NCBI GenBank assembly: GCA_949297785.1
Contig: CASFTW010000012.1
Coordinates: forward strand, 50 to 64,049
DNA length: 64,000 nt
Direction of reading: 5' to 3'
Origin: an uncultured Spirochaetales bacterium
GTDB lineage: Bacteria; Spirochaetota; Spirochaetia; Sphaerochaetales; Sphaerochaetaceae
Shown here: one piece after another, positions 49,486 through 59,309 of the stretch
Layout: every line of letters begins with the position of its first letter
Numbering within the stretch: position 1 is the first letter of the stretch
The notes under the pieces: generated by a model
Databases searched by the model: none
What the model was told of the DNA's origin: nothing
The model's input: only the letters and a program-made list of their open reading frames with translations
Program-made: the position numbers and the translations under genes

Positions 49486-51198
49486 ATGACGGACAGAATT
49501 GCCAGACTTATAAAAGCCCATGAGAGAAGGGAAGTGCTCCTGACAACAGTCAGCGGGGTTGCTTCCACCAAGAAGGAAATGATCTCCTATTTCGATTCAT
49601 CAACCTGCATTGATGTGATCACCACGAAGAGTTTTCAGGTAGTGCCGAACAGCGGCAACAGGGAGCCTGTGATCTGCTGTCTGGGGGATGGCAATTTCGG
49701 TAATTCCGTCGGATTGAGAAACCCCGGTATGGATGTGGTGCTTCCTGAGCTTGAGGCTCTCAGGGAAAAAGGACTGAAAAAACTTCTCAATGTTTCCGTC
49801 AGCGCTTCAAATGCAGAGGATTTCATCACTCTCATAAAGGCTTTCGATCACGTCGCTGATTCAATCGAACTGAATTTCTCATGTCCGCATGCCGCATCAG
49901 GCTACGGTGCAAGTATCGGAAGTGATATCTGCATCGCGAGTGATTATGTCAGAACGATAAGGGAAGCATATCCTGAACAGAAAAGCGCGCTTCTGATCAA
50001 GCTCACTCCGAATGTAGAGAATATAGGGGAGATTGCAGCATCTGTAATGGCTGCCGGTGCCGACGGTATTGTCGCGATAAATACGGTCGGACCGAAACTT
50101 TACATTGAGCCGCATTCTGGAAAGCCCATTCTCAACAACAAGCTCGGAGGAAAGGGCGGAGCATCCGGACGCTGGGTCAATGAAAGGGCGCTTGAATGTG
50201 TGAGGGAGATAAGAAAGGCTGTCGGAGACGATGCCGTAATCATCGGTATGGGCGGTGTCAGCACATCTTCCGATGTTGCGGCGATGATCGATGCCGGTGC
50301 GGATGCTGTGGGTATCGGCTCTGCGCTGGGAACGGTGCGTCAGCAGGACTGGCCGGCTTATCTTGAAACACTCAAGAAGGAAGCCAGTGAGAGAAACGGC
50401 GATACAAGCAGCCGGTTCATCATAACGGAAAACCGCATGGCCTACAGGGAGCATACAGTTACAAAGCTTACGGTCCATACGCCTGAGATGCTGCTTATCG
50501 AGCTGGACGGGGAGCTTGACTGCAAGGCAGGACAGTTTGCATTCCTCTTTGTTCCGGGACTCGGAGAGAAGCCTTTCTCCGTTGCGCACAACAGACCTCT
50601 TACATTCCTCATAAGAAAGCGGGGTTATTTCACGAGTGAGCTTTTTAATCTGAAAACCGGTGATAAAGTCTACACCCGTTCCCTTTATGGCAGTCCGCTT
50701 GAGATGCCGCAAAGTGAGAATGCGCTTTTCATCGCAGGCGGAAGCGGAGTAGCCGTACTCCCGTCTCTGTGCCGCATGGCAGAAGGCAGGCACACTTCAA
50801 TTTCCGTACTTGTCGGCACTTCTGCATCCTCTTCCATCGGAGTTGACGGCAAGGCGCTGTTTGAAGACTATTTCAGGGAAAAAGCCGGAGAATACAAGGT
50901 CGTTCCCGATGATGGAAAGGTCGGCCGTGTCCTTGATTATCTTCCGGTCGCGGTTGAAGGAAAGAAAGATCTGAAGGTCTATCTTGTGGGACCGGAGAAA
51001 TTCATGGCCATAGCAGCAGAGAAGCTCATCTCACTCGGATTGGAGAAGTGTGACATCTTCCTCTCTCTTGAGAGAAGCACTCTGTGCGGAATAGGACTTT
51101 GCGGTGAATGTGTATGCGGTGACCGCCTGACATGCCAGTGGGGTACTTTCCAGCCATATGACTATATTCTTGAAAATGCACCGGAGCTTCTGAAGTAA
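49486..51198 (+). CDS. Dihydroorotate dehydrogenase family 1 fused to a PyrK-like electron-transfer domain
   Basis: N-terminal ITTKS, NSVGLRNPG, ELNFSCPH, IKLTPN, INT, GGASG; C-terminal EKPFSV, GGSGVA, CGIGLCGEC…C [2Fe-2S] motif. Confidence 0.9.
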   Translation: MTDRIARLIKAHERREVLLTTVSGVASTKKEMISYFDSSTCIDVITTKSFQVVPNSGNREPVICCLGDGNFGNSVGLRNPGMDVVLPELEALREKGLKKLLNVSVSASNAEDFITLIKAFDHVADSIELNFSCPHAASGYGASIGSDICIASDYVRTIREAYPEQKSALLIKLTPNVENIGEIAASVMAAGADGIVAINTVGPKLYIEPHSGKPILNNKLGGKGGASGRWVNERALECVREIRKAVGDDAVIIGMGGVSTSSDVAAMIDAGADAVGIGSALGTVRQQDWPAYLETLKKEASERNGDTSSRFIITENRMAYREHTVTKLTVHTPEMLLIELDGELDCKAGQFAFLFVPGLGEKPFSVAHNRPLTFLIRKRGYFTSELFNLKTGDKVYTRSLYGSPLEMPQSENALFIAGGSGVAVLPSLCRMAEGRHTSISVLVGTSASSSIGVDGKALFEDYFREKAGEYKVVPDDGKVGRVLDYLPVAVEGKKDLKVYLVGPEKFMAIAAEKLISLGLEKCDIFLSLERSTLCGIGLCGECVCGDRLTCQWGTFQPYDYILENAPELLK

Positions 51199-52229
51199 TG
51201 ATTGACTTTCATGTACACCTGAGAGACTGGAACCAGAAACAGAAAGAGACAGTGGAACACGGCCTGGCTGTTGCGAAGATGTGCGGCATAAATGCCGTTG
51301 CAGACATGCCTAACTGTGATCCGCCGCTTACAGACCGGGAAACAGTTCTCGACCGGCTTGCGCTTGCGGCTCCCTCCGTAAAGCGTCATAAGGTTTCATA
51401 CCATGTGTATATGGGGCTGACAAAGGAGCCGGATCAGATCCGCGGAGCAGTGAACACCTACAACGAGCTCTATCCTCTTGTGATCGGCCTTAAAATGTTT
51501 GCAGGCCATTCAACCGGCAACATGGGCATAACAGAACTTGAAGACCAGAGAACGGTGTTCAGGACACTTTGTGAAATGAATTATTCCGGTGTTCTTGCCT
51601 TGCACTGTGAGAAGGAATCGCTCATGAGGAGCGATCTCTATGTTCAGGGAAAGTACGAGACACAGTCACTTGCACGCCCTGCAGAGGCCGAGATCGAGTC
51701 CATAAAGGACATGATACGTCTGGCTGATGAGACAGGATACAAAGGACGGCTCCATATCTGTCACATTTCCACCGGGGAAGGTATTGAAGAAGTTGTCAGA
51801 GCAAAGGAAAGAGGGATGAAGATCACCTGTGCCGCCACGGCACACCATGCGCTTCTGACAAGTGCAGATGCCTGTGATCATTCACGCTATCTCAGAATGA
51901 ACCCTCCGCTGAGGGATGAAGAGAACCGCAGGGCTGTATATGAAGGACTCATCAACGGGAAGATTGACTACGTCGAGTCGGATCATGCTCCTCATACCAT
52001 AGAAGACAAGAAAAAAGGAATGGGCGGCATACCGGGCTTTGCCGGAGACCTGATCCTTCTGCGTGCGCTTAAGAAGGACAATGTTCCGCAGCAGAGGCTT
52101 GAAGAGCTTTTCGCGCTCAACTGTGCCCGTGATTTCGGCATTGAGGCTGAAGGCAGGATAATTCCTGACAGAATCGACTGGAGGATAGAGCAGGCTTCAA
52201 GGGAGTATCCGTATGACGGTTTTGTGTGA
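51198..52229 (+). CDS. pyrC: Dihydroorotase
   Basis: IDFHVHLRD, ADMPN, HICHIST, RMNPPLR, ESDHAPH; last gene of the pyr operon. Confidence 0.92.
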   Translation: MIDFHVHLRDWNQKQKETVEHGLAVAKMCGINAVADMPNCDPPLTDRETVLDRLALAAPSVKRHKVSYHVYMGLTKEPDQIRGAVNTYNELYPLVIGLKMFAGHSTGNMGITELEDQRTVFRTLCEMNYSGVLALHCEKESLMRSDLYVQGKYETQSLARPAEAEIESIKDMIRLADETGYKGRLHICHISTGEGIEEVVRAKERGMKITCAATAHHALLTSADACDHSRYLRMNPPLRDEENRRAVYEGLINGKIDYVESDHAPHTIEDKKKGMGGIPGFAGDLILLRALKKDNVPQQRLEELFALNCARDFGIEAEGRIIPDRIDWRIEQASREYPYDGFV

Positions 52230-52246
52230 AATTTCATTTTCACTGA

Positions 52247-52275
52247 TTGTCAACGATAAAATTTAAGTGTATAAC
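52247..52275 (+). promoter_or_regulatory. Sigma70 promoter for the corA leader
   Basis: TTGTCA (52247-52252), 17 nt, then TATAAC (52270-52275). Confidence 0.7.
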
Positions 52276-52309
52276 CAAATAGGTTGATTTTTTTATGGAG
52301 GTCACGGCT

Positions 52310-52393
52310 GTGAGAACGACAAACGACGATTCCAACCCTTTGTCTAGAAGAAACAAGTCAGAATATTTGAAATCAGCCGGGACCGGAGAATAA
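52310..52393 (+). CDS. Putative corA leader peptide MRTTNDDSNPLSRRNKSEYLKSAGTGE (27 aa)
   Basis: GGAGG 52297-52301, GTG at 52310 (8-nt spacer), TAA followed by TGA. Confidence 0.55.
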   Translation: MRTTNDDSNPLSRRNKSEYLKSAGTGE

Positions 52394-52401
52394 TGAGCAA
52401 G

Positions 52402-52427
52402 TTCTCTGCCCGGCAGGAGGCAGAGAA
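52402..52427 (+). promoter_or_regulatory. Hairpin occluding the corA ribosome-binding site
   Basis: TTCTCTGCC (52402-52410) / GGCAGAGAA (52419-52427): perfect 9-bp stem covering the end of AGGAGG, the spacer and the A of ATG. Confidence 0.7.
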
Positions 52428-53392
52428 TGATTACAATCAGAAATACAAGCGGAAAATATACATGGATAGATGCGCGGGATATAAACCGTGATGATATAAC
52501 CGTGTTGAGCGAGGAATATGCGATCTCCTCTGAGCTTCTTGCTGATATACTGGACCAGGATGAGCAGAGCCGCATGGAGAAAGAGGATGACTATCTTGCA
52601 TTCATCGTCCGTATTCCCAAGGATGAGGAGGATGAGGATAATCCGCTTACCCGTAATGCCGTTCCGCTCGGCATAGTGCTTTACCCTGATAAAGTAATAA
52701 CCGTATGTCAGGCTGACAGTGTCGTGCTGGAAGATTTCGCACGCTCGCGTTTCCGCCAGTATCCTGTGGATACGAAAGAAGGTTTCGTTCTCTCGATTCT
52801 GGGTCGTTCTGCGCTTGTTTTCATCAGAATACTGAAATACATCAACCGCCAGAAGGACCTCGTGGAAGAACAGCTTCACAAGAGTGTCATGAACTATGAG
52901 CTGATCCAGCTTCTTGAAATACAGAAGTCGCTTGTCTATCTGACGACAAGCCTGACAAGCAATGAGATGCTGCTTGAGAAGATGGTCAAAAGCCCGATCT
53001 TCAAGCTCAACAACGAGGATGAGACCGACTTCCTTGATGATGTCATCACTGATAACAAGCAGGCCATTGCAATGGCCAACATATATTCGGACATCCTCAC
53101 CGGAACGATGGATGCCTTTGCCTCCGTTATCGGCAACAACATGAACGTCATCATGAAGAGGCTCACGATAATCTCCCTTGCCCTCATGTTTCCGACCTTC
53201 ATCACAGGATTCTTCGGCATGAACATTCACATCCCGGGGACTGACAGCCCGTATGCCTGGCTGTTCCTTGCCTTCGGCTGTCTTCTTGTCGCCATCATAG
53301 GTTCCTATGTGATTTCCGACAGACATAACAAGAGACTGATCAAGGCGAACATAGGTGAGAGGAGTGCAAAGAAGAAAAAAGCCAGGAAATAG
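52427..53392 (+). CDS. corA: CorA-family Mg2+/Co2+ transporter
   Basis: GMN signature PTFITGFFGMN, NNMNVIMKRLT, two C-terminal TM helices. Confidence 0.93.
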   Translation: MITIRNTSGKYTWIDARDINRDDITVLSEEYAISSELLADILDQDEQSRMEKEDDYLAFIVRIPKDEEDEDNPLTRNAVPLGIVLYPDKVITVCQADSVVLEDFARSRFRQYPVDTKEGFVLSILGRSALVFIRILKYINRQKDLVEEQLHKSVMNYELIQLLEIQKSLVYLTTSLTSNEMLLEKMVKSPIFKLNNEDETDFLDDVITDNKQAIAMANIYSDILTGTMDAFASVIGNNMNVIMKRLTIISLALMFPTFITGFFGMNIHIPGTDSPYAWLFLAFGCLLVAIIGSYVISDRHNKRLIKANIGERSAKKKKARK

Positions 53393-53403
53393 GGAGGCGG
53401 GCC

Positions 53404-54594
53404 GTGAAGAGAATCTTTCTGCTGCTTTTGTCTGTATCAGTCATGCTGTTTCCGCTTCACTCTGCTGTGAACAGCGGGGATCTTGTCTACCTATACGATT
53501 TTCTTGAGAAGAACCATCCTGACTTCTACAACAGCATTAATGAAGATGAGGCACGGGCAATACTGGATGAAGAAAAAGCGAAAACAGAAATGAACCCGGA
53601 TGATGAGGTTGCATTCTTTTTCTCCCTCCAGCATATAGCATCAATACCGCATGATTCCCATACAGGCATGATGCTGACATCAGATCTGTTTTACAAGATG
53701 AGTGCTTTTCCTGTTGTTTTCGACTTTTTCTCAGATGATCTCGTCGTCACTACAATTGAATCATCAAATTCCTCTTTCCTTGCCGCTACAGTTGAAAGCA
53801 TAAACGGCGTTGATGCGGATGAGATCATAAGAAGGGCTGCTGAAATAATCCCGCATGACAATGATGTGTATCTGAAACTGCAGCTGAAGAACAATTATCT
53901 TTCATTTGCCCAGTTCTATTCTGCCATCGGCATCGATTCCGATGAAATGAACCTGACCTTTTCCGACGGCACATCTCTCACTATTGAGAAGATGCTGTAT
54001 GAACAGTTTGCATCAACTTCCTTTGCATACCTCAGGCAGGCTTACCCTGATACCCTCGGGCAGGGCAGTTATTACAGTGCGTACGCTCTTCCTGATCCCG
54101 ACACCCTGCTGGTGAATTATCATGCATGTGCTGAAATGCCGAATTTTCCGTTCAGTGACTTTGCATCGGCTGTATCAGATCTCATTGATGAGAACGGATA
54201 CAGCAGAATAGTGATCGACCTGCGTTACAACGGCGGCGGCAACAGCGAGGTGATCAATCCTCTGATTGCTGTATTGAAGGAAAAGGATGTTGAGGTTTTC
54301 GTCCTCATAGATGAGGGTACATTCTCTTCCGCAGTTCTCAATGCACTGACGCTTAAAGAAGAGCTCGGTGCTATCTTCGCAGGACGTCCTTCGGGCGGAA
54401 GCGCAAGTCATTACGGAGAGCTTAAGAGCGGTACTCTTCCATATTCCGGTCTGGCTTTCAGTTACTCGACAAAGTTCTTTGACAACGGTGTTTCCGGTCC
54501 TCTCATGCCTGATATACTGATAGAGAAAGATATTGACGACTGCAGAAGAGGCATTGATACTGATCTCAGAGTACTGGGATTTCTGGAGAAATGA
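53404..54594 (+). CDS. Exported S41-family peptidase
   Basis: Signal peptide; DSHT, IDLRYNGGGNS, TFSSAV, PDILIE. Confidence 0.82.
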   Translation: MKRIFLLLLSVSVMLFPLHSAVNSGDLVYLYDFLEKNHPDFYNSINEDEARAILDEEKAKTEMNPDDEVAFFFSLQHIASIPHDSHTGMMLTSDLFYKMSAFPVVFDFFSDDLVVTTIESSNSSFLAATVESINGVDADEIIRRAAEIIPHDNDVYLKLQLKNNYLSFAQFYSAIGIDSDEMNLTFSDGTSLTIEKMLYEQFASTSFAYLRQAYPDTLGQGSYYSAYALPDPDTLLVNYHACAEMPNFPFSDFASAVSDLIDENGYSRIVIDLRYNGGGNSEVINPLIAVLKEKDVEVFVLIDEGTFSSAVLNALTLKEELGAIFAGRPSGGSASHYGELKSGTLPYSGLAFSYSTKFFDNGVSGPLMPDILIEKDIDDCRRGIDTDLRVLGFLEK

Positions 54595-54821
54595 TGTTTT
54601 TCAAAAAAAAGAAGGAAACAGCAGACGCTTCAGCTTACACGAAGGCGGAATATGAAGCGGCAGTAAAGAAGAGCATATGCACAGGCGAGATGACCTTCGG
54701 TTTCATAAGAAAGGCTGACGGGCATTTTGTTGATATTGCTCTTGTGAGAAACGAAGAGGAAATGAAAGCCCTTGCTGCCGGATACGGCTTCGGGGGCTGT
54801 GAGATCAGGGAAATATACTGA
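54591..54821 (+). CDS. Small conserved hypothetical protein
   Basis: Coupled to the upstream stop; the SICTGE..FGF…GHF.DI.L.R pattern resembles a small family I recall from gut Firmicutes (from memory, not searched). Confidence 0.7.
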   Translation: MMFFKKKKETADASAYTKAEYEAAVKKSICTGEMTFGFIRKADGHFVDIALVRNEEEMKALAAGYGFGGCEIREIY

Positions 54822-54823
54822 CT

Positions 54824-56053
54824 TCAGTTTATTGTCTTTATATCGGCTTCAGAGCGGATAATATACCCGTTTTTAAGCTTCTTGCTGCTCCTGATATACC
54901 CACTCTTGCCGTGGTCCAGCTTTTCAACAGGATTGAAGTCGGCATCAAGCAGGGTGAAGTCATTGTCTTCGATTTTGTACACATCGCTTCCTATATACTC
55001 AAGCTGTCTGCCTTTTCTCAGCTGGTTCTTTATGTCGATTGACCAAATGCCGGGCCGGACTTCATCTCTTACGGTACCGAGGAACATATACTCCCTCTGG
55101 TAGCCATAGCTGGTAGGCTTATCGATATCATTTACATCAATGGCATCGTGACCGTAGAAGAATCCGGTTGAGTATTCCCTGTGCGAGACATTGAAAAGAT
55201 CATCGCGGTAGAGAGAGAAGTCAGGATCCCTGTCCAGAGCCTTTCGGTATGCTCTTGTGACAAGCGCGATGTAGTAAATGGATTTCATCCTTCCTTCAAT
55301 CTTCAGGGAGGAAAGACCACTTGCGGCAAGATCGTCAAGATGGTCGATCATGCACAGATCTTTTGATGAAAGGATGGTCGTGTATCCGTCCTGTTCCTCG
55401 ATGGGGAAATACATTCCCTTTCTCTCTTCCTCTTCAAGCGCATAGTGGAGCTTGTAGTTCCAGCGGCAGGTATGCGAGCAGTCTCCCTGGTTTGCACCGC
55501 GTCCGGTAAGGAAGCTTGAAAGCATGCAGCGTCCCGAATAGGACATGCACATGGCACCGTGGACGAAGGCCTCGAGTTCCAGCTCCGGGACCGCATCCTT
55601 TATCCTCTTTATGTCATCCATCGATGCCTCTCGGCCCAGAATGACCCTCTTGAAACCGAGTTTGTGATAAAGTTTCGCAGCCGAACTGTTGATGCAGCTT
55701 GCCTGCGTGGACAGGTGAAGCTCCTTATCGGGAAGGTACTTGTGGAAAAGATCCACAAGTCCCATGTCAGTGATTATGAAAGCATCGAAAGGACTGTCCT
55801 TCAGCGTCGGCAGGAATGATTCCACATCCCTGATCTGATCCTCGGAAAAGAGGATGTTCATGGTACAGTACAGTTTGCGGCCGAAGCGTTCCTTTATCTT
55901 CCTGACATCTTCCAGCTCCTCAGCGGTGAAATTACCGGCATTCTTTCTCAGTGAGTAATTTGTCATTCCCATATATGCGGCATCAGCACCGAAATTGAAT
56001 GCAGTGAGAAGTTTTTCCCTGTTTCCTGCGGGAGCCAGAAGTTCTATCGCCAT
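54824..56053 (-). CDS. Peptidase U32 family protein (TrhP-like)
   Basis: ELLAPAG, HLSTQA, LEAFVHGAMCMSYSGRC, NQGDCSHTCR, LKIEGRMK. Confidence 0.92.
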   Translation of the reverse strand: MAIELLAPAGNREKLLTAFNFGADAAYMGMTNYSLRKNAGNFTAEELEDVRKIKERFGRKLYCTMNILFSEDQIRDVESFLPTLKDSPFDAFIITDMGLVDLFHKYLPDKELHLSTQASCINSSAAKLYHKLGFKRVILGREASMDDIKRIKDAVPELELEAFVHGAMCMSYSGRCMLSSFLTGRGANQGDCSHTCRWNYKLHYALEEEERKGMYFPIEEQDGYTTILSSKDLCMIDHLDDLAASGLSSLKIEGRMKSIYYIALVTRAYRKALDRDPDFSLYRDDLFNVSHREYSTGFFYGHDAIDVNDIDKPTSYGYQREYMFLGTVRDEVRPGIWSIDIKNQLRKGRQLEYIGSDVYKIEDNDFTLLDADFNPVEKLDHGKSGYIRSSKKLKNGYIIRSEADIKTIN

Positions 56054-56063
56054 AAAAGTTCTC

Positions 56064-58553
56064 CTAATCGAGGACAGAGCGCAGTGCTCTTTCCAGTTCT
56101 CTGAATCTGTCAGCTTCCTGAGTCTTCACATCTTGGGCCTCTCTGTCAAGACGGGCTTTGTATTCTGCCTCGCTCATGAGAACTGTTTTGTCATCGGGGA
56201 ATGCGATCCTGAGCACTTCATCCATCTCGCTGACAAGGTGGAAATCAACTCCCTGTCTGACGTCTTCCGTGAGTTCCTTCAGATCCCTTTCGTTTCTCTT
56301 GGGAATGATGATGGTCTTTATGCCGTTCCTCTTTGCGGCAAGCACCTTCTCCCTCAGTCCGCCGATCGGCATGACCTTTCCGGTCAGAGTCAGCTCACCG
56401 GTCATCGCGAGATGGTCTTTTATAACCTGATCCGTGAGTAGGGAGTAGAGCGCGCATGTCAGCGTGATACCGGCAGATGGACCGTCCTTCGGTGTTGCGC
56501 CTTCAGGGATATGGAGGTGGACGTTGTTCTGCTCAAACCATGATCTGTCAATGCCCCGTCTCTCTGCAGTTCTCTTGAGGTAGGTCCATGCAATTGAGAC
56601 ACTTTCCTTCATCACGTCGCCCAGCTGACCTGTGACTTTCATCTCGCCCTTGCCGGGGTAATTCTCGGCTTCGATGAGAAGCGTGTCGCCTCCCATGCTG
56701 GTCCATGCAAGACCGATAGCAGTGCCGACTTTGTCCGCTTTCACGATGTCATCGACAGGGAAGATAGGAAGTCCGAGATATTTCTCGATGAGAGTCTCAT
56801 CGACATTCACCGGTCTCTCCTTGTCCGGGTTCTCAAGAAGATCAAGCAGAACCTTCCTGTTGATCTTGTCAAGACTCTTTTCAAGGTTTCTCACACCGGC
56901 TTCCCTTGCATACTGGTTTGCAATGGAAAGCAGTGCCTTGCTTGAATACTTCACGTCATTCTTCGACAGGCCTGTCTTCTCATAGATCTTCGGAAGCAGG
57001 TATTTCTTTGCAATATTGAGCTTCTCATTTGAAGTGTAGCCTGACAGCTCTATGATCTCCATTCTGTCAAGAAGCGGACCGGGAATGGTCTCAAGCGTGT
57101 TTGCCGTGACGATGAAGAGAACCTGCGACACATCGAAGGGAATATCGAGATAGCGGTCGCGGAATTCTTTGTTCTGCTCGCTGTCGAGTGCCTCAAGCAG
57201 GGCAGAAGCTGGATCCCCGTTGTAGCTCTGACCCATCTTGTCGATCTCGTCGATGAGAAAGACAGGACTCTTTGTCTTCACGATCTTGAGCCCCTGTATG
57301 ATCTTGCCCGGAAGGGCACCGACATATGTTCTCCTGTGACCTTTGATCTCGGCCTCGTCCTTCATGCCGCCTACGGAGAACCGGTAATACTTCTTGCCCA
57401 GTGCCCTTGCAATTGAACGCCCGACACTTGTCTTTCCGACTCCCGGAGGACCGACGAGACAGATGATTGCGCCTTTCGTATCCTGCTTCTGTTTTCTCAC
57501 GGCAAGGAACTCAAGGATCCTGTCTTTCACTTCCTTCATTCCGTAGTGATCCTTCTCAAGGATCTTTCTTGCCTTCTGGATGTCGAAATCCTGGAATCCC
57601 TCGTCCTTCCATGGCAGGGCAGCAACCGTCTGAAGATAGTTCAGACAGACAGAGTAATCAGGACTGTTCGGTTCAAGCGATACGAAACGGGCATATTCAT
57701 TCTCAACCGTTTCCTTCGCCTCTCCCTGCAGGTCAAGGGCATTGAGCTGGCTGCGCAGCTTTTCGACAATGTTCGTGCTCTTGCCGTCCATGCCCAGCTG
57801 TTTCTGGATCTGCTTCATCTCCTCGCGCAGGAAATAATCCCTCTGGTTCTTCTCAAGCCTCTTGTTTATGGTCGTCTGGATGTCCGCCTGAATCTCGGCG
57901 ATCTTCCTCTCCTGGGAAATATAGAAGAGAACCTCCTCAATTCTTTTTTTCACATCAAGAATCTCAAGCACGGACTGAGCCTTCTCACCGTCGATAGGCA
58001 GAATTGATGCCACATAGTCGGCAAAACGGCTCGGATCCTCGATGTTGACCATGTTGAGCCTGTTTTCCTCGCTGAATATGGGGGTCTTTGCGTTTATTTT
58101 AGTGAATTCGGCGTTGAGGCTCTTTATCCAGGCCTTGAGACTGTCCGTATCATATGGCTCGTCCTCAAGGTATGTCACCCTTGCCGCAGTATAGTTCGTT
58201 GTACTGAAAAAGCTTTCGACTCTGAATCTCTTTATCGTTGAGACGAAAATGTTCATTCCCCCGTCGGGCATCCTCAGGCTCTTAAGGATCCTGCATACCG
58301 TTCCGACACTGTGGAAGCGTTCGTGATCAGGACGGTTCTCTTCCTTGTTCTCGTTCGGTCTTTCAAGTATTGCGCCGAATATTCCGTCATTGGAAAGCGC
58401 CTGATTCACCGTGACCATGTCCTTCTCTCCTGAAATGAAGAGAGGTGCGAACATTCCCGGAAAAAGCGGTTTTGTCGTAAGCGGCAAAACCAGCAGGTTT
58501 GCGGGAAGATTGTTCTGATCTTCTCTGATCTGTGTATTGTTATCTGTTGCCAT
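56064..58553 (-). CDS. lon: ATP-dependent protease Lon
   Basis: Walker A GPPGVGKTS, DEIDK, catalytic PKDGPSAG (Ser) and GGLREKVLAA (Lys). Confidence 0.97.
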   Translation of the reverse strand: MATDNNTQIREDQNNLPANLLVLPLTTKPLFPGMFAPLFISGEKDMVTVNQALSNDGIFGAILERPNENKEENRPDHERFHSVGTVCRILKSLRMPDGGMNIFVSTIKRFRVESFFSTTNYTAARVTYLEDEPYDTDSLKAWIKSLNAEFTKINAKTPIFSEENRLNMVNIEDPSRFADYVASILPIDGEKAQSVLEILDVKKRIEEVLFYISQERKIAEIQADIQTTINKRLEKNQRDYFLREEMKQIQKQLGMDGKSTNIVEKLRSQLNALDLQGEAKETVENEYARFVSLEPNSPDYSVCLNYLQTVAALPWKDEGFQDFDIQKARKILEKDHYGMKEVKDRILEFLAVRKQKQDTKGAIICLVGPPGVGKTSVGRSIARALGKKYYRFSVGGMKDEAEIKGHRRTYVGALPGKIIQGLKIVKTKSPVFLIDEIDKMGQSYNGDPASALLEALDSEQNKEFRDRYLDIPFDVSQVLFIVTANTLETIPGPLLDRMEIIELSGYTSNEKLNIAKKYLLPKIYEKTGLSKNDVKYSSKALLSIANQYAREAGVRNLEKSLDKINRKVLLDLLENPDKERPVNVDETLIEKYLGLPIFPVDDIVKADKVGTAIGLAWTSMGGDTLLIEAENYPGKGEMKVTGQLGDVMKESVSIAWTYLKRTAERRGIDRSWFEQNNVHLHIPEGATPKDGPSAGITLTCALYSLLTDQVIKDHLAMTGELTLTGKVMPIGGLREKVLAAKRNGIKTIIIPKRNERDLKELTEDVRQGVDFHLVSEMDEVLRIAFPDDKTVLMSEAEYKARLDREAQDVKTQEADRFRELERALRSVLD

Positions 58554-58746
58554 ATTGTTAACTCTCCCGATTGTTCCTAAAAGATAGGGAAAAAAACATT
58601 AAAAGGGAAGGAGAAAATTCAAAAAGCCGCAAAAGAACAATACAGGCACCAGTCTGAATTTCCGGCAGAACTACTCATCTGCATATTCCTTCTGTTTTTT
58701 CTTTGTAATATATTTCAGACAGCGGAATTGAAGGAGACTGGGTGAA

Positions 58747-59250
58747 ATGACCGGAGATTGTAAATTGTTTATATGCATTGCGCTTTTCCATATCATTGTC
58801 TCATATTCCGTCAACAGGATGCCGTACAGGACTCTTGCCTTCCTGCGCCTTCGCATTGTTCCCTATAAAAAGGAAAAAGAAATATATGAGAAGGTTTTCC
58901 GCATAAAGGCGTGGAAAGACTATGTTCCAAGTGCCGGTCCATTTGACAAGAAGGTGATGAAAGGAAACGGGGCGGAGTATCTTTCCCTCTTCATCCTTGA
59001 GACGGTGAGGGCTGAAGCCGTCCATATGATATGCCTTATTGTCACCTTCCTTGTGCTTCTTGTTTATGATCAGCCATATGGCTGGTTAATACCTGCCTTT
59101 TTCACAATGATCAATGTGCCGTGCATCATGATACAGCGCTACAACCGTCCGCGTCTTGAGAATGTCCTGCTGCTGCACGGATATGATCTTGTTGTTCCGG
59201 AGGATGAGGAGGGCTTCACGAGAAGACTGCTGATGCTGAGGAAACGGTGA
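58747..59250 (+). CDS. CrtO-like membrane acyltransferase (glycosyl-4,4'-diaponeurosporenoate acyltransferase family)
   Basis: YEKVFRIKAWKD..P, ETVRAEAVH, NVPCIMIQRYNRPRL. Confidence 0.72.
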   Translation: MTGDCKLFICIALFHIIVSYSVNRMPYRTLAFLRLRIVPYKKEKEIYEKVFRIKAWKDYVPSAGPFDKKVMKGNGAEYLSLFILETVRAEAVHMICLIVTFLVLLVYDQPYGWLIPAFFTMINVPCIMIQRYNRPRLENVLLLHGYDLVVPEDEEGFTRRLLMLRKR

Positions 59251-59309
59251 TGATGCTGTTCCCTTCATGAATTGTGTTGTACAGGAACTGAACTGTGTGG
59301 ATTATTTTG

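Noticed and set aside
52373-53326. 317-aa minus-strand ORF
   Set aside because: Antisense shadow of corA with no recognisable features.
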